A stretch of DNA of 36,647 nt from a virus (IMGVR_UViG_3300037483_000274:1-36647); one strand, 5' to 3'. Counted from the stretch's first letter, positions 1 through 8,755 are shown. Notes: a model not told the origin generated them from the sequence alone. Program-made: numbers and translations.

Positions 1-127
1 AGCCGCCCAAGCCGCCCAAGCCGCCCAAGCCGCCCAAGCCGCCCAAGCCGCCCAAGCCGCCCAAGCCGCCCAAGCCGCCCAAGCCGCCCAAGCCGCCCAA
101 GCCGCCCAAGCCGCCCAAGCCGCCCAA
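1..127 (+). repeat. 9-bp tandem repeat (CAAGCCGCC)n, left contig end
   Basis: Perfect 9-bp periodicity over 1-127; reads (QAA)n in frame with the ORF ending at 466. Confidence 0.98.
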
Positions 128-466
128 AAACAAGGCGAGGCCTGGCTGGCTAAGGCTTTCACCAATGAGCCCCAAGCTGCAGGGCCTGGATGGTCGGGGT
201 ATGGCCTACCTGTCGTGACAGTCCCAGAGATCCCGGCCGCCCTGGTTCACTCGGTTTACTCGGGTTCTCCGGCGGCCCCAGTCGCTAACCAACCGACCCA
301 AAATGAAGTCCATGATGCCTTGATTGCCGTAGCTACGTCACTTGGCCCTGACGTGGCGCTTAAAATCCTTAAAGATCATAAGGTTGACCGTCTTTCCACG
401 CTACCGACCGATCAGTACCAATCAGTCATCACTGAGTGCTCGGTCGCTTTCTCGGCCGGAAAGTAA
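2..466 (+). CDS. 3' part of the (QAA)n-linker protein that begins at 36231 and wraps the contig ends
   Basis: Frame is open from 2 to the stop at 466. The C-terminal ALKILKDHKVDRLSTLPTDQY resembles the small protein usually found upstream of DUF2800-DUF2815-polA modules. Confidence 0.8.
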   Translation, partial: AAQAAQAAQAAQAAQAAQAAQAAQAAQAAQAAQAAQAAQAAQKQGEAWLAKAFTNEPQAAGPGWSGYGLPVVTVPEIPAALVHSVYSGSPAAPVANQPTQNEVHDALIAVATSLGPDVALKILKDHKVDRLSTLPTDQYQSVITECSVAFSAGK

Positions 467-477
467 GGGTGGCTCAA

Positions 478-1689
478 ATGCCCGAAAATACCATAAAACC
501 CGATTCTGAGCACTCACCATATGGCGGGTCCCAGGCGTATAGATGGGTAACCTGCCCAGGATCAATACGGATGATAGAGTCCCTTGGCCCCCGGCCGGAT
601 ACAACATCGGAAGCCGCTGAACGCGGAACTTTGCTGCACGAGATTGCCGCCACCGCACTTAGGAAATACCCGGAGGGGGCAACGCGGGATCAGATAAACG
701 CGGTGGCTCATGGCGCAGCCGTGATATCCGGCGCTGCCAAGAGCCTAACCGGTGAGGATATTGATAGCGTGTGGGATTATTACCAGTACTGCGATGAAAT
801 TCGGTCCGGGGGCAGGCCGGGGATTATTTACATCGAGCATCCGGCGGCCATATCGTGGATTGACCCCCAATTGAGGGGCACAGTTGATTTCGCCCTATTC
901 GATATGAGACGAAAAGAATTGTATGTTGGCGATTACAAAACCGGGTACGTTCCGGTCTCGGCTGTTGGAAACGAGCAGTTGATGTTTTACGCCCTATGCC
1001 TTCTGCGGAAGAATAACGCGATGGGGGCGGATACCGTAACGATGTTTATTTGCCAGCCTAATATGCTGAATTGGAGGGAAAATACGGTTACAGTGCCCGT
1101 GGCGGAGGTACTCTCCTGGGGCGATAAAATGCGGGCCGCCTATGAGGCCAGTAAGAAGTCAGATGCCCCGCTGGTTCCGGGGGCCGGCTGCAAGTATTGC
1201 CCGGCTAAAGGCCGCTGCCCTGCGCATGCACAAGCGGCTATTCCGGCGGCGTTGCCGCAAGCAGGGATCTTGTCCCCCGGAGACTTTAGCCCCCCGGCAC
1301 CCTCGGCGCTATCAGCGCATCAGATAGCGGATATCCTGGACAGGGCCGATGATTTCATGGCCTGGATAAAGGCGGTCCGAGACTACGCCGAGGCGGCGCT
1401 TAAATCGGGGATATTAGACATACCCGGCTATAAGATCCTTGAGAAACCCGGTCGGAAAAGTAGAAACTGGACCCCGGAAGCCCCGGCGGCCCTTGGTCTT
1501 ATGTACGGATACGAGGCGTTTTCGTTGCGGTCGGTTGCGGATCTCGAAAAGCAGTTTGGGAAATCTGGAAAAGATTTTCTGGCCCGATATTGGGCCCCAG
1601 AGCCCGGAAACATAACTCAAGTGTTGACAAAGTGCTCCGATAATGATATCGAGGGCACGTCGGCGGTTGACGATTTTTCAGGTAAATAA
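478..1689 (+). CDS. Cas4-like PD-(D/E)xK exonuclease (DUF2800 family)
   Basis: Motifs RWVTCPGS, AERGTLLHE, GTVDF...DYKTG, QLMFYA and CKYCPAKGRC (4 Cys); ATG at 478 follows the upstream stop. Confidence 0.88.
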   Translation: MPENTIKPDSEHSPYGGSQAYRWVTCPGSIRMIESLGPRPDTTSEAAERGTLLHEIAATALRKYPEGATRDQINAVAHGAAVISGAAKSLTGEDIDSVWDYYQYCDEIRSGGRPGIIYIEHPAAISWIDPQLRGTVDFALFDMRRKELYVGDYKTGYVPVSAVGNEQLMFYALCLLRKNNAMGADTVTMFICQPNMLNWRENTVTVPVAEVLSWGDKMRAAYEASKKSDAPLVPGAGCKYCPAKGRCPAHAQAAIPAALPQAGILSPGDFSPPAPSALSAHQIADILDRADDFMAWIKAVRDYAEAALKSGILDIPGYKILEKPGRKSRNWTPEAPAALGLMYGYEAFSLRSVADLEKQFGKSGKDFLARYWAPEPGNITQVLTKCSDNDIEGTSAVDDFSGK

Positions 1690-1709
1690 CTAAAAAGGAG
1701 AAACAAATC

Positions 1710-2348
1710 ATGGCACAATCAAATCTTACGATAGGCCCAGCGTTCATGACCCCGGAATTTCGGGCCTCGTTCCCCAATGTTTTCCGGCCTTCTCGGCTGG
1801 ACGACAAAAGCACCCCGTCCTTTAATCTGGTGATGTTGTTCCCAAAAACCCAAGACCTTTCAGTATTTAAAAAGGCTCTTATGGACGTTGCCACGGCTCG
1901 GTGGGGGGAAAAAGCGCCCCAAATCGCCGCTCAACTTCTTTCACCGATCAAGAGCGGCGACGCCAAAACTTACGACGGCTACAGCGGGATGCTGTTCATC
2001 AAGGCCGCCAATTATATCCATGATCCACAGCACGAGCATAAGTCCAAGCCGGGTTTGGTAGACGCCGCTTTGCAGCCCATTATCAACCCGGCGGATTTCT
2101 ATGCCGGATGCTACGCCCGAGCCACGGTGTACGCCAAGGCAAGCGGCGGCCCCGGCACCAAGCACGAAGCCAAGGTGTCATTTGGAATCCGCAATATCCA
2201 GAAGCTACGCGATGGGGAAGCTTTTGGAGCGTCTCAAGTAGCCGCTGAAGACGACTTCGGCCCGGCGGCAACCCCTTCTGCACCGAAGGAAGCAGGCAAC
2301 ACGATGGATTTTCTGAACCCAGCACCGTCAAACTTGAACTTCTTCTAA
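1710..2348 (+). CDS. ssDNA-binding protein (DUF2815/T7 gp2.5-like)
   Basis: RASFPNVF, FYAGCYARATV, NIQKLRDGEAFG and AEDDF tail; AAGGAG RBS; lies between exonuclease and polA. Confidence 0.88.
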   Translation: MAQSNLTIGPAFMTPEFRASFPNVFRPSRLDDKSTPSFNLVMLFPKTQDLSVFKKALMDVATARWGEKAPQIAAQLLSPIKSGDAKTYDGYSGMLFIKAANYIHDPQHEHKSKPGLVDAALQPIINPADFYAGCYARATVYAKASGGPGTKHEAKVSFGIRNIQKLRDGEAFGASQVAAEDDFGPAATPSAPKEAGNTMDFLNPAPSNLNFF

Positions 2349-2374
2349 GTCCTGCGGGCCTATAGTTTTAAAGT

Positions 2375-2412
2375 CAAGTTCGCCCGTAGACACAAACCTA
2401 CGGGCGAACTTG
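2375..2412 (+). terminator. 15-bp perfect hairpin between SSB and polA (attenuator or processing site)
   Basis: CAAGTTCGCCCGTAG-8 nt-CTACGGGCGAACTTG with only a weak U tract. Confidence 0.6.
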
Positions 2413-2428
2413 TTAAGGGGGACTCGAA

Positions 2429-4501
2429 ATGACAACAGTCGTATTGGATTATGAAACTCGGTCAAGAGTAAATATAAAAAAGTCTGGCCCTTGGCCATAT
2501 GCCGAGGACCAAAGCACAGACATACTATGTGCGGCGATAAAAATAGATGCCGGCCCCACCACTTTAGTATGGCATAATCCTCAAATATACGATTCTGCGG
2601 GAACAATTGGTACTGATAATCTGATCTCGGCGCTAAACAAGGCCGATATCATCGAGGCCCATAATTCCGCGTTTGAACGAGCGATAACCCACCATATTGC
2701 TATTGGGCGCTACGGGTGGGAAATAAGCCCTGGATGGGAAAATAAGCTACGCTGTACGGCATCCAGAGCAGCGGCTATGGGGCTGCCTCCGTCTCTTGAC
2801 GGCGCGTGCTCGGCTATGCATCTACCGGTGCAAAAAGACAAAGCCGGTAAAGCGGTGATGCTAAAGCTTTGTGCCCCCGATAAGAATGGAGAGTGGAACG
2901 AGGGGCCGGAGGACCTTGCGACTCTTGCGCGGTATTGCATCCAGGATGTGGAAGCCGAATACGGGCTATCAAAAGCCCTTCGGCCGCTGTCCCTGGCGGA
3001 ATTGCTGGTCTGGCAGTTGGATCAAAAAATAAACGCCATTGGAATACCCCTTGATATTGATTTAACAAACTCGGCTATAAAATTGCTGGATCAGTATGAG
3101 GAAAAAGCGCTGCCGGAAATTGCAGAGATAACCGGCGGTGCTGTAGACTCGCCTCGGCAAGTAGCTGCGCTTTTAACGTGGCTATCTGATAATGGATGTC
3201 ATTTAAAAGACCTTACCGCCGGGCGAGTCAAGGAGGCGCTCGAAAATATGGAGCTTAGCCCAAAAGTTCGCAGAGCGCTTGGGCTGCGGGAATCCTTGGG
3301 CAAATCGTCGGTGTCAAAATTTTCTGCGATGCTTGCGTGCGCCTCCGAAGACGGGCGGGCACGAGATACAATGATGTATGCCGGGGCAAATACAGGCCGG
3401 TGGTCTGGTAAGCGCGTTCAACCTCATAATTTCCCCCGTAAAAGCCTCCATCCCCATACGGATTTTTACATAGACCTGGTACGCGCCGGGCGACTGGATT
3501 TAATCGAAGCCCTAAGTCATAATCCCATCGACGTTTTTTCGGCCCTCCTGCGCCCGGCCATTCGGGCACAATGTGGGAATGAATTGGTGGCCGCGGATTT
3601 TAACGCGATTGAGGGGCGGGGTCTCGCCTGGGAAGCCGGGGAAGACCACATTTTAGACGACTATCGAGCTGGCATAGACCCATATAAGCGGGTTGCGTCT
3701 ATAATTTTTGGAGTCCCTTACGAGCAGATAACCAAGGTCCAGCGCCAATCGGGTAAGATCGCTGAATTGGCCTGCGGCTATCGAGGCGGGCCGGGGGCGG
3801 CAAAAAAGTTCGGCGCTACAGGAACAGACGCTGAAATACGAGCAAAGTTTATAACCCCCTGGCGCGATAACCGCCCGGCTACGGTCCAGTTCTGGTCTGA
3901 TATAGAGCAGGCCGCCCTATCGGCCGTTATGGACGATCAGGGCCGGGCGTATCGCTGCCGGGTTGTAGCCTATGGTAAAAACGGTAATATTCTGTATTGC
4001 CGGTTGCCCTCTGGGCGTTTATTGGCCTATCATAATCCGGTAACTGCATGGGTGGGGGCGATAAAATTCGAGGACGATGACAGCATTTATAAGACCCGTT
4101 TAGCCCAAAGCAAAACCGAAGCCGAAATAGGCCTGAATGAACTTCGCATGAAATTCCGGGCTAAGATAGAAGAATGGGCTATGGCAAAATTGGCCGTAAC
4201 GGTGGAAAGTTATGACTCAATTGCCGGGCGAATGGAGCGAAAGCCGGTGCATGGCGGGATCTGGACCGAGCGGGTTACCCAGGCCATATGCCGGGATATC
4301 CTTGCCGCAGCAATGCTGCGCCTGGATAGGGCCGGGTATCAAATAGTTATGCATATTCATGATGAAATTGTCTGCGAGGTCGTTAAAGGTTCCGCAAATT
4401 TGGACGATTATATAAGCATACTCTCACAGCCCCCGCCCTGGGCTCCGGGGTTCCCAATCGGGGCCGAGGGATGGGTAAACGAGTACTTAAAAAAGGAGTA
4501 A
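2429..4501 (+). CDS. Phage family A DNA polymerase with 3'-5' exonuclease domain
   Basis: Exo motifs LDYET, AHNSAFE, YCIQDV; polymerase motifs TGRWSG, ADFNAIEGR, RQSGKIAELACGY, HIHDEIV. Confidence 0.95.
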   Translation: MTTVVLDYETRSRVNIKKSGPWPYAEDQSTDILCAAIKIDAGPTTLVWHNPQIYDSAGTIGTDNLISALNKADIIEAHNSAFERAITHHIAIGRYGWEISPGWENKLRCTASRAAAMGLPPSLDGACSAMHLPVQKDKAGKAVMLKLCAPDKNGEWNEGPEDLATLARYCIQDVEAEYGLSKALRPLSLAELLVWQLDQKINAIGIPLDIDLTNSAIKLLDQYEEKALPEIAEITGGAVDSPRQVAALLTWLSDNGCHLKDLTAGRVKEALENMELSPKVRRALGLRESLGKSSVSKFSAMLACASEDGRARDTMMYAGANTGRWSGKRVQPHNFPRKSLHPHTDFYIDLVRAGRLDLIEALSHNPIDVFSALLRPAIRAQCGNELVAADFNAIEGRGLAWEAGEDHILDDYRAGIDPYKRVASIIFGVPYEQITKVQRQSGKIAELACGYRGGPGAAKKFGATGTDAEIRAKFITPWRDNRPATVQFWSDIEQAALSAVMDDQGRAYRCRVVAYGKNGNILYCRLPSGRLLAYHNPVTAWVGAIKFEDDDSIYKTRLAQSKTEAEIGLNELRMKFRAKIEEWAMAKLAVTVESYDSIAGRMERKPVHGGIWTERVTQAICRDILAAAMLRLDRAGYQIVMHIHDEIVCEVVKGSANLDDYISILSQPPPWAPGFPIGAEGWVNEYLKKE

Positions 4502-4508
4502 ACATATC

Positions 4509-4640
4509 ATGCTGGCCGTATTCTTGCTTGTAAATTCCTTGTTGGTCGGTCTATTGATTCACACGATTTTTTTCGCTCGGGTTAAGACCCGAGAAATTGA
4601 CTCTGCTCTCCTAATTCAGGCCCTTCGAAAAATGAGGTGA
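4509..4640 (+). CDS. Small single-pass membrane protein (43 aa)
   Basis: AAGGAG RBS; MLAVFLLVNSLLVGLLIHTIFF hydrophobic N-terminus; fills the gap; below the ORF-track cutoff. Confidence 0.6.
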   Translation: MLAVFLLVNSLLVGLLIHTIFFARVKTREIDSALLIQALRKMR

Positions 4641-4644
4641 TACT

Positions 4645-5055
4645 ATGCGTTCCAAAATTAAATTTGAAATTGACGCCTATGATCATGTAGAAATTCCAAT
4701 AGTTTATGACCCCACAGATTTTGAATCTGATGCCGTGATGCCGGATGATGGCCCTATCCTGATTAAGTCTCCTTGCGCTCTGCGTCCGGACACCCGTAGG
4801 CCGTGCGAATTGCTTAAAAAATCTAAAGATAATTCAGTATGTTATAATTGTGGTTTGCGTCAAGGCCTGCCGGCTAATAACTTAGCCGAAGAGCGCCAAA
4901 TAGAAATAGCCCGGCAAGAGGCCCCGCTTACCTCCGGGCATCGTCGCAAAGACACCCCAGCGCCCTTTTATCAGTTGATGTGCGCCGAGCCCGGATGCAC
5001 AACCCCTGCAATAGGGCCTCATTTCGAAAAATGCGAGCGGCACGAGGAGGATTGA
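4645..5055 (+). CDS. Cys-rich hypothetical protein
   Basis: GAGGTG RBS; CYNC and CAEPGC...CERH motifs. Confidence 0.65.
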   Translation: MRSKIKFEIDAYDHVEIPIVYDPTDFESDAVMPDDGPILIKSPCALRPDTRRPCELLKKSKDNSVCYNCGLRQGLPANNLAEERQIEIARQEAPLTSGHRRKDTPAPFYQLMCAEPGCTTPAIGPHFEKCERHEED

Positions 5056-5057
5056 TC

Positions 5058-5228
5058 ATGGACCCCGTTTATAGCAACGTCAGGCGCGATCTCGTTTGCC
5101 CTACCCCATGGTGCCGTAAACCCCTGGAACATAACGGATCTATCGTGTTTTGTCAGGAGTGTGGGCTTGCATGGGATAGGATGGCCGATCAGTGGGTGGA
5201 AGTGCACGGTTTCGTAAAAAATGAATGA
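5058..5228 (+). CDS. Small zinc-ribbon protein
   Basis: GAGGAGG RBS; CPTPWC...CQECG. Confidence 0.7.
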   Translation: MDPVYSNVRRDLVCPTPWCRKPLEHNGSIVFCQECGLAWDRMADQWVEVHGFVKNE

Positions 5229-5319
5229 GTCTATAATCATTAGAGTGCAATTCGTTCCGGTTTCGCAAACCGCAATGCAATACGCCAAATGCAAAGGTAC
5301 TTAGGTATTCTAAGCTTTC

Positions 5320-5332
5320 TAAGTGGTTGATT
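5320..5332 (-). promoter_or_regulatory. IHF binding site
   Basis: AATCAACCACTTA on the minus strand is an exact match to WATCAANNNNTTR. Confidence 0.6.
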
Positions 5333-5358
5333 TTCTTGTAGTTTATTTTTTGAACTTA

Positions 5359-5374
5359 TGGCATCCGGTATGCA
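5359..5374 (+). promoter_or_regulatory. Putative sigma54 (-24/-12) promoter
   Basis: TGGCAT-CCGGT-ATGCA gives GG-N10-GC; intergenic, downstream of an IHF site and upstream of the RBS for 5413. Confidence 0.6.
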
Positions 5375-5412
5375 TTACTATATGGTAACCAAACGTCATA
5401 AGGAGACGGAAG

Positions 5413-5634
5413 ATGCAAGCCCCGATATCAACATTCGCAATCAAGATCTACGAAGACCAGCATCTAAGCCCGGAAGCTCAAACGTGGCTGGCCTACCGCA
5501 CCAAGCACATGAACACGGCGCAGTTAGAAGCCGAGGCTAAGCGTCTGGCCGTAAAAAATGCGGTTATCACCTACCTGACACATAGGGGAAGTTTTGCGGC
5601 TAAAATCGAATTTCTGTCAAACTTAGATCTATAA
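5413..5634 (+). CDS. Hypothetical protein
   Basis: AAGGAG RBS; first gene after the putative sigma54 promoter. Confidence 0.7.
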   Translation: MQAPISTFAIKIYEDQHLSPEAQTWLAYRTKHMNTAQLEAEAKRLAVKNAVITYLTHRGSFAAKIEFLSNLDL

Positions 5635-5649
5635 AAAGGAGAAAAAACC

Positions 5650-5919
5650 ATGTGCCAAAATACAAATATCCAAGCCGAGACTGAGCGCTGCCAAAAAATG
5701 GTGGAATCCGGCGAGTGCGCGGGATACCATCGATGTAATCTCTATGTTCCCCCTCTGCCACCATGGCACCTTATGCGGGGCTGCTTTTATGACGAAGCTC
5801 ATGCCTACCCGATCCTGAAGTGCCAGACCCCAGGCGAGGCTCTTCAGTACCTGGAAATTGCCACCTACGCATCGGTTGAGGATTTTTGCCGCAAAGCAGA
5901 AGAAAGGAATGCCGAATGA
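5650..5919 (+). CDS. Hypothetical protein
   Basis: AAAAGGAG RBS; ATGA overlap with the next gene. Confidence 0.7.
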   Translation: MCQNTNIQAETERCQKMVESGECAGYHRCNLYVPPLPPWHLMRGCFYDEAHAYPILKCQTPGEALQYLEIATYASVEDFCRKAEERNAE

Positions 5920-6677
5920 AAGAGGATGCCAAAATCCGAGACGCATTTACGGATGTAATTTGGAATGAAATGGGGGCTTTCTTGTCCGCCAACGAGGAGA
6001 TAGAAGCCTTTAAAAACGGAGGTGCCCAAATGGCTATGCTACCCAACGGCATTAAGACAAAACAGGCGTTCGAAACTCTGAAAAGATCCATCCTTGACAC
6101 TGAGAAAATATGTTTGGCCGCTGAGGCCAAGTCGCGCCGCGAAACCAGGCTCATGAGGGCTATCCTCATCGCTCTGGTGGGCCTTGGGCTCCTTTTTGCG
6201 GTAACCGTGCATGCCGAGGATACCGGTAATTGGATAAACGACTGGACGATAAACGGGGTGCCCGCCAATCGTCTATCATGGGAACGCGCCGGAGATATCG
6301 CCCTCGGAGTTGCGGCCTCAACTGCGGTACATTGGCTTGGGCATGTGGTAGTCCTGGAAGCCACAAACACGAGTTGGGGCCAGATCGGCACTCATGAGCA
6401 TTTAGACGAGCGGGTCAGCGACGATAGGGCCGCTTGGATAGGCCGGGCCGGGTACTTGGCTGATCTGGCCGTGGGAACAGCCTTGCACTTTTCTCGGTGG
6501 CGTAAGTCAGACTTTACCTTAGGGTACCATGCCCACAGTGCCGGAATGATCCTGGTCTACCCCATGATTTTTAAATACGGGGATCTGGATTTAATTGAGC
6601 GCAACGCGGAAAGCGGCCTCGAATGGTTTATCTATTCGGGTTACTCGGCCCTTTTGCTAACCGATCATCTAAACTAA
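5916..6677 (+). CDS. Membrane protein with an internal signal-peptide-like segment (possible fusion)
   Basis: ATG 5916 overlaps the upstream stop; internal MRAILIALVGLGLLFAVTVHA at 6153; later hydrophobic helices. Confidence 0.65.
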   Translation: MKEDAKIRDAFTDVIWNEMGAFLSANEEIEAFKNGGAQMAMLPNGIKTKQAFETLKRSILDTEKICLAAEAKSRRETRLMRAILIALVGLGLLFAVTVHAEDTGNWINDWTINGVPANRLSWERAGDIALGVAASTAVHWLGHVVVLEATNTSWGQIGTHEHLDERVSDDRAAWIGRAGYLADLAVGTALHFSRWRKSDFTLGYHAHSAGMILVYPMIFKYGDLDLIERNAESGLEWFIYSGYSALLLTDHLN

Positions 6678-6708
6678 CATAGCGGCACTGCCGCTGGCAC
6701 TTAAAAAA

Positions 6709-6879
6709 ATGTCTACTACTGAACAGCAACGCCAAGAATTTGAAGTGGTTACTCGCCCGGTAATCGAGCGGCTTAACGCAAACTGTCATCCTAACTTTAT
6801 TATAATTATTGGGCCTACTTCAGCAGTACTCAGTGAAAGAGTCATATCGCACGTAACACAAGATTATCTGCGTGATTGA
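6709..6879 (+). CDS. Small phage hypothetical protein (56 aa)
   Basis: MSTTEQQRQEFEVVTRPVIERLNANCHP...DYLRD resembles a recurring small phage family; below the ORF-track cutoff. Confidence 0.65.
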   Translation: MSTTEQQRQEFEVVTRPVIERLNANCHPNFIIIIGPTSAVLSERVISHVTQDYLRD

Positions 6880-6928
6880 TACGGACCGGCGGAAGTGGCC
6901 CGCCGCAGGCACCCAAAAAGGAGAATTT

Positions 6929-7087
6929 ATGAATATCTATGATATTTTGCCTGTTATTATCGCGGTTGAAAGTGTTATGGCGTCTCTCCCGCTGTTTATA
7001 AAAGGACACTACGGGAGCGCTCTTTATTGGCTGACTGCGGGGGTTCTAAATTTCTCGGTTATATTTCTTATTAAAAAATTCGGTTAA
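6929..7087 (+). CDS. Small two-helix membrane protein
   Basis: AAAAGGAG RBS before ATG 6929; two hydrophobic stretches. Confidence 0.65.
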   Translation: MNIYDILPVIIAVESVMASLPLFIKGHYGSALYWLTAGVLNFSVIFLIKKFG

Positions 7088-7100
7088 TTAAGGTGGCCAA

Positions 7101-7709
7101 ATGACTGATTTATATAACATTTTTGTCGAGACCGTTTCCGGGCGAATCTTGTTTCCGACCCACCCAGACCCGGAATCAATAACCATAGAAGATATAGCCC
7201 ACCATTTGTCTCTGATAAATCGCTATAACGGCGCTACCGTGAGACCGTACTCTGTAGCCGAGCACTCGATTAATCTGGCCGCCTGGGCTCAATACTTTAA
7301 CCCCGACCCGGATCTTGTACTAAACTACCTCCTGCATGATTCGGCGGAGGCGTATCTACAAGACATAATCCGGCCGCTGCACGCATGGGCCGCAGAGTTA
7401 CGGGGGCTGCACGCGATCCTGACCCCCGTTATACATCAGGCGCTTGGTGTCCCATATCTTGGCGGGCTGAATAAGTTAGAGCTAAAACGGGCGGATATGG
7501 CCATTAGCCTCGACGAGCGCCGGGCCTTGATGCCCGCCCACCGGGCCTCGGTTGTATGGGGTGACATAGACGATCTGGACCCCCTTGGGATACCTATTGA
7601 CGGGCCACAAAGCTACCATGACTGGTCAGATATTAAGGGTATGTTTTTGGAGTATTTTCGGCGCCTTATGGCGCAAAAGAGGGGATTGGAAAATGACGGT
7701 ATCGATTGA
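7101..7709 (+). CDS. HD-domain hydrolase (YfbR/YfdR-like 5'-deoxynucleotidase)
   Basis: IEDIAHHLSLINRYNG, YSVAEHS, LLHDSAEAYLQD, KRAD...ERRAL. Confidence 0.88.
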   Translation: MTDLYNIFVETVSGRILFPTHPDPESITIEDIAHHLSLINRYNGATVRPYSVAEHSINLAAWAQYFNPDPDLVLNYLLHDSAEAYLQDIIRPLHAWAAELRGLHAILTPVIHQALGVPYLGGLNKLELKRADMAISLDERRALMPAHRASVVWGDIDDLDPLGIPIDGPQSYHDWSDIKGMFLEYFRRLMAQKRGLENDGID

Positions 7710-8049
7710 GACTATTGCTTCACGGCTATCGAGAATTGAGGAGGACCCCGCTTCCGGCCGGTCCCTGGCCGAGAAGAGCATGGACGCGGCCGCCTGGTCA
7801 GTTTTTGTAGGCTCAACTACCGCAGCGTCTCTCAATTATCTATTGCACTACGCCCCGCTGCTCGATTCCGGTGACCCGGAGATCCTATATCAGGATTTAG
7901 GCGTAGGATACGATTCCGACCGCCGGGGCTACGAGTCCGGCATAGAGGCGGCAAGAGCGGCTATAATACCAGGTAAAAAGCCGATGACCAGCGAGCAGGC
8001 TGCGGCAGCTTTTGTGGGTTTATATAACCATTTAGTGAGGTATCTATGA
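7693..8049 (+). CDS. Hypothetical protein
   Basis: ATG 7693 overlaps the end of the HD gene; ATGA overlap with the next gene. Confidence 0.6.
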   Translation: MTVSIETIASRLSRIEEDPASGRSLAEKSMDAAAWSVFVGSTTAASLNYLLHYAPLLDSGDPEILYQDLGVGYDSDRRGYESGIEAARAAIIPGKKPMTSEQAAAAFVGLYNHLVRYL

Positions 8050-8222
8050 TCAAAATATGCTTATGGCCCGATGGAATGTGGTGTTATCGGGATGAGCTAC
8101 CTGATTATTCATGGGCCTCGGACGACTACGAAGTTATCGAAGTCCCGAAATATGTAAATAATGTTGACCTTTGGGTCTCGGCTCTTATCGATGCCGAAAA
8201 GAAAGGAGGGGTAAAGCGATGA
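8046..8222 (+). CDS. Small phage hypothetical protein (58 aa)
   Basis: GAGG RBS; ATGA overlaps at both ends; LWPDGMWC...SDDY motif. Confidence 0.7.
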   Translation: MIKICLWPDGMWCYRDELPDYSWASDDYEVIEVPKYVNNVDLWVSALIDAEKKGGVKR

Positions 8223-8329
8223 GACTCTTAATAGCGGGGCTTATCGCCATGGCCTTAATGGCCGCATTTTTGGTTATCGCGAGCCTGGTGCATTTGGCGA
8301 CCGGGCGCTTAATTTTCATCATCAACTAA
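8219..8329 (+). CDS. Small hydrophobic peptide (36 aa)
   Basis: AAGGAGG RBS; MRLLIAGLIAMALMAAFLVIASLV. Confidence 0.6.
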   Translation: MRLLIAGLIAMALMAAFLVIASLVHLATGRLIFIIN

Positions 8330-8380
8330 GGATCGAGTGCCGGACAGCTAAGTTAAAATTTTGTAGCCCCACAGAGGCAA

Positions 8381-8420
8381 GAACGCCCAGAGGATTTATG
8401 GCCCTCCGGGCGTTTCTGTT
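8381..8420 (+). terminator. Intrinsic terminator, + arm
   Basis: AACGCCCAGAGG...CCTCCGGGCGTT followed by TCTGTTT. Confidence 0.6.
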
Positions 8421-8426
8421 TCCGGA

Positions 8427-8472
8427 AAAGAAAACCCGCTCGGGCCTTTTAGCCCGAGCGGGTTTTATGTTA
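8427..8472. terminator. Bidirectional intrinsic terminator where the two arms converge
   Basis: AAAACCCGCTCGGGC-CTTTTA-GCCCGAGCGGGTTTT with A/T tracts on both sides. Confidence 0.9.
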
Positions 8473-8482
8473 ATTTTAGGCC

Positions 8483-8755
8483 CTACTTGCGCTTGGGTGC
8501 TCGTTTGTCCAGGAGCTTGTAAACCGGTACTTTCGTTGACCGGCCGTCTATGGCCGTGATAGTCGTTTTGCCGTTAAAAATGAGAACGTTTTGCTGCAGG
8601 AGTTGCTTGATTTTCACTCGGCACCATTCGGGACCTCGGCCCGTTTTCTCGGCCATTTGTTGGGTTGTAAATCCGTCCGGTTGAGTTTTTGACAGCCGCT
8701 GAATTTCCGCCTGAATGTCGTCGAGCGATAGCCCCATATCCCCTTTTTTGTCCAT
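8483..8755 (-). CDS. Small winged-HTH-like protein
   Basis: AGGAG RBS; FTTQQMAEKTGRGPEWCRVKIKQL helix-turn-helix pattern. Confidence 0.7.
   Translation of the reverse strand: MDKKGDMGLSLDDIQAEIQRLSKTQPDGFTTQQMAEKTGRGPEWCRVKIKQLLQQNVLIFNGKTTITAIDGRSTKVPVYKLLDKRAPKRK

Noticed and set aside
478-1689. Cas4-like nuclease or RuvC as part of a CRISPR or RNA-guided system
   Set aside because: No repeat-spacer array or cas genes; both look like standard phage replication/recombination enzymes, and the RuvC is a compact resolvase.
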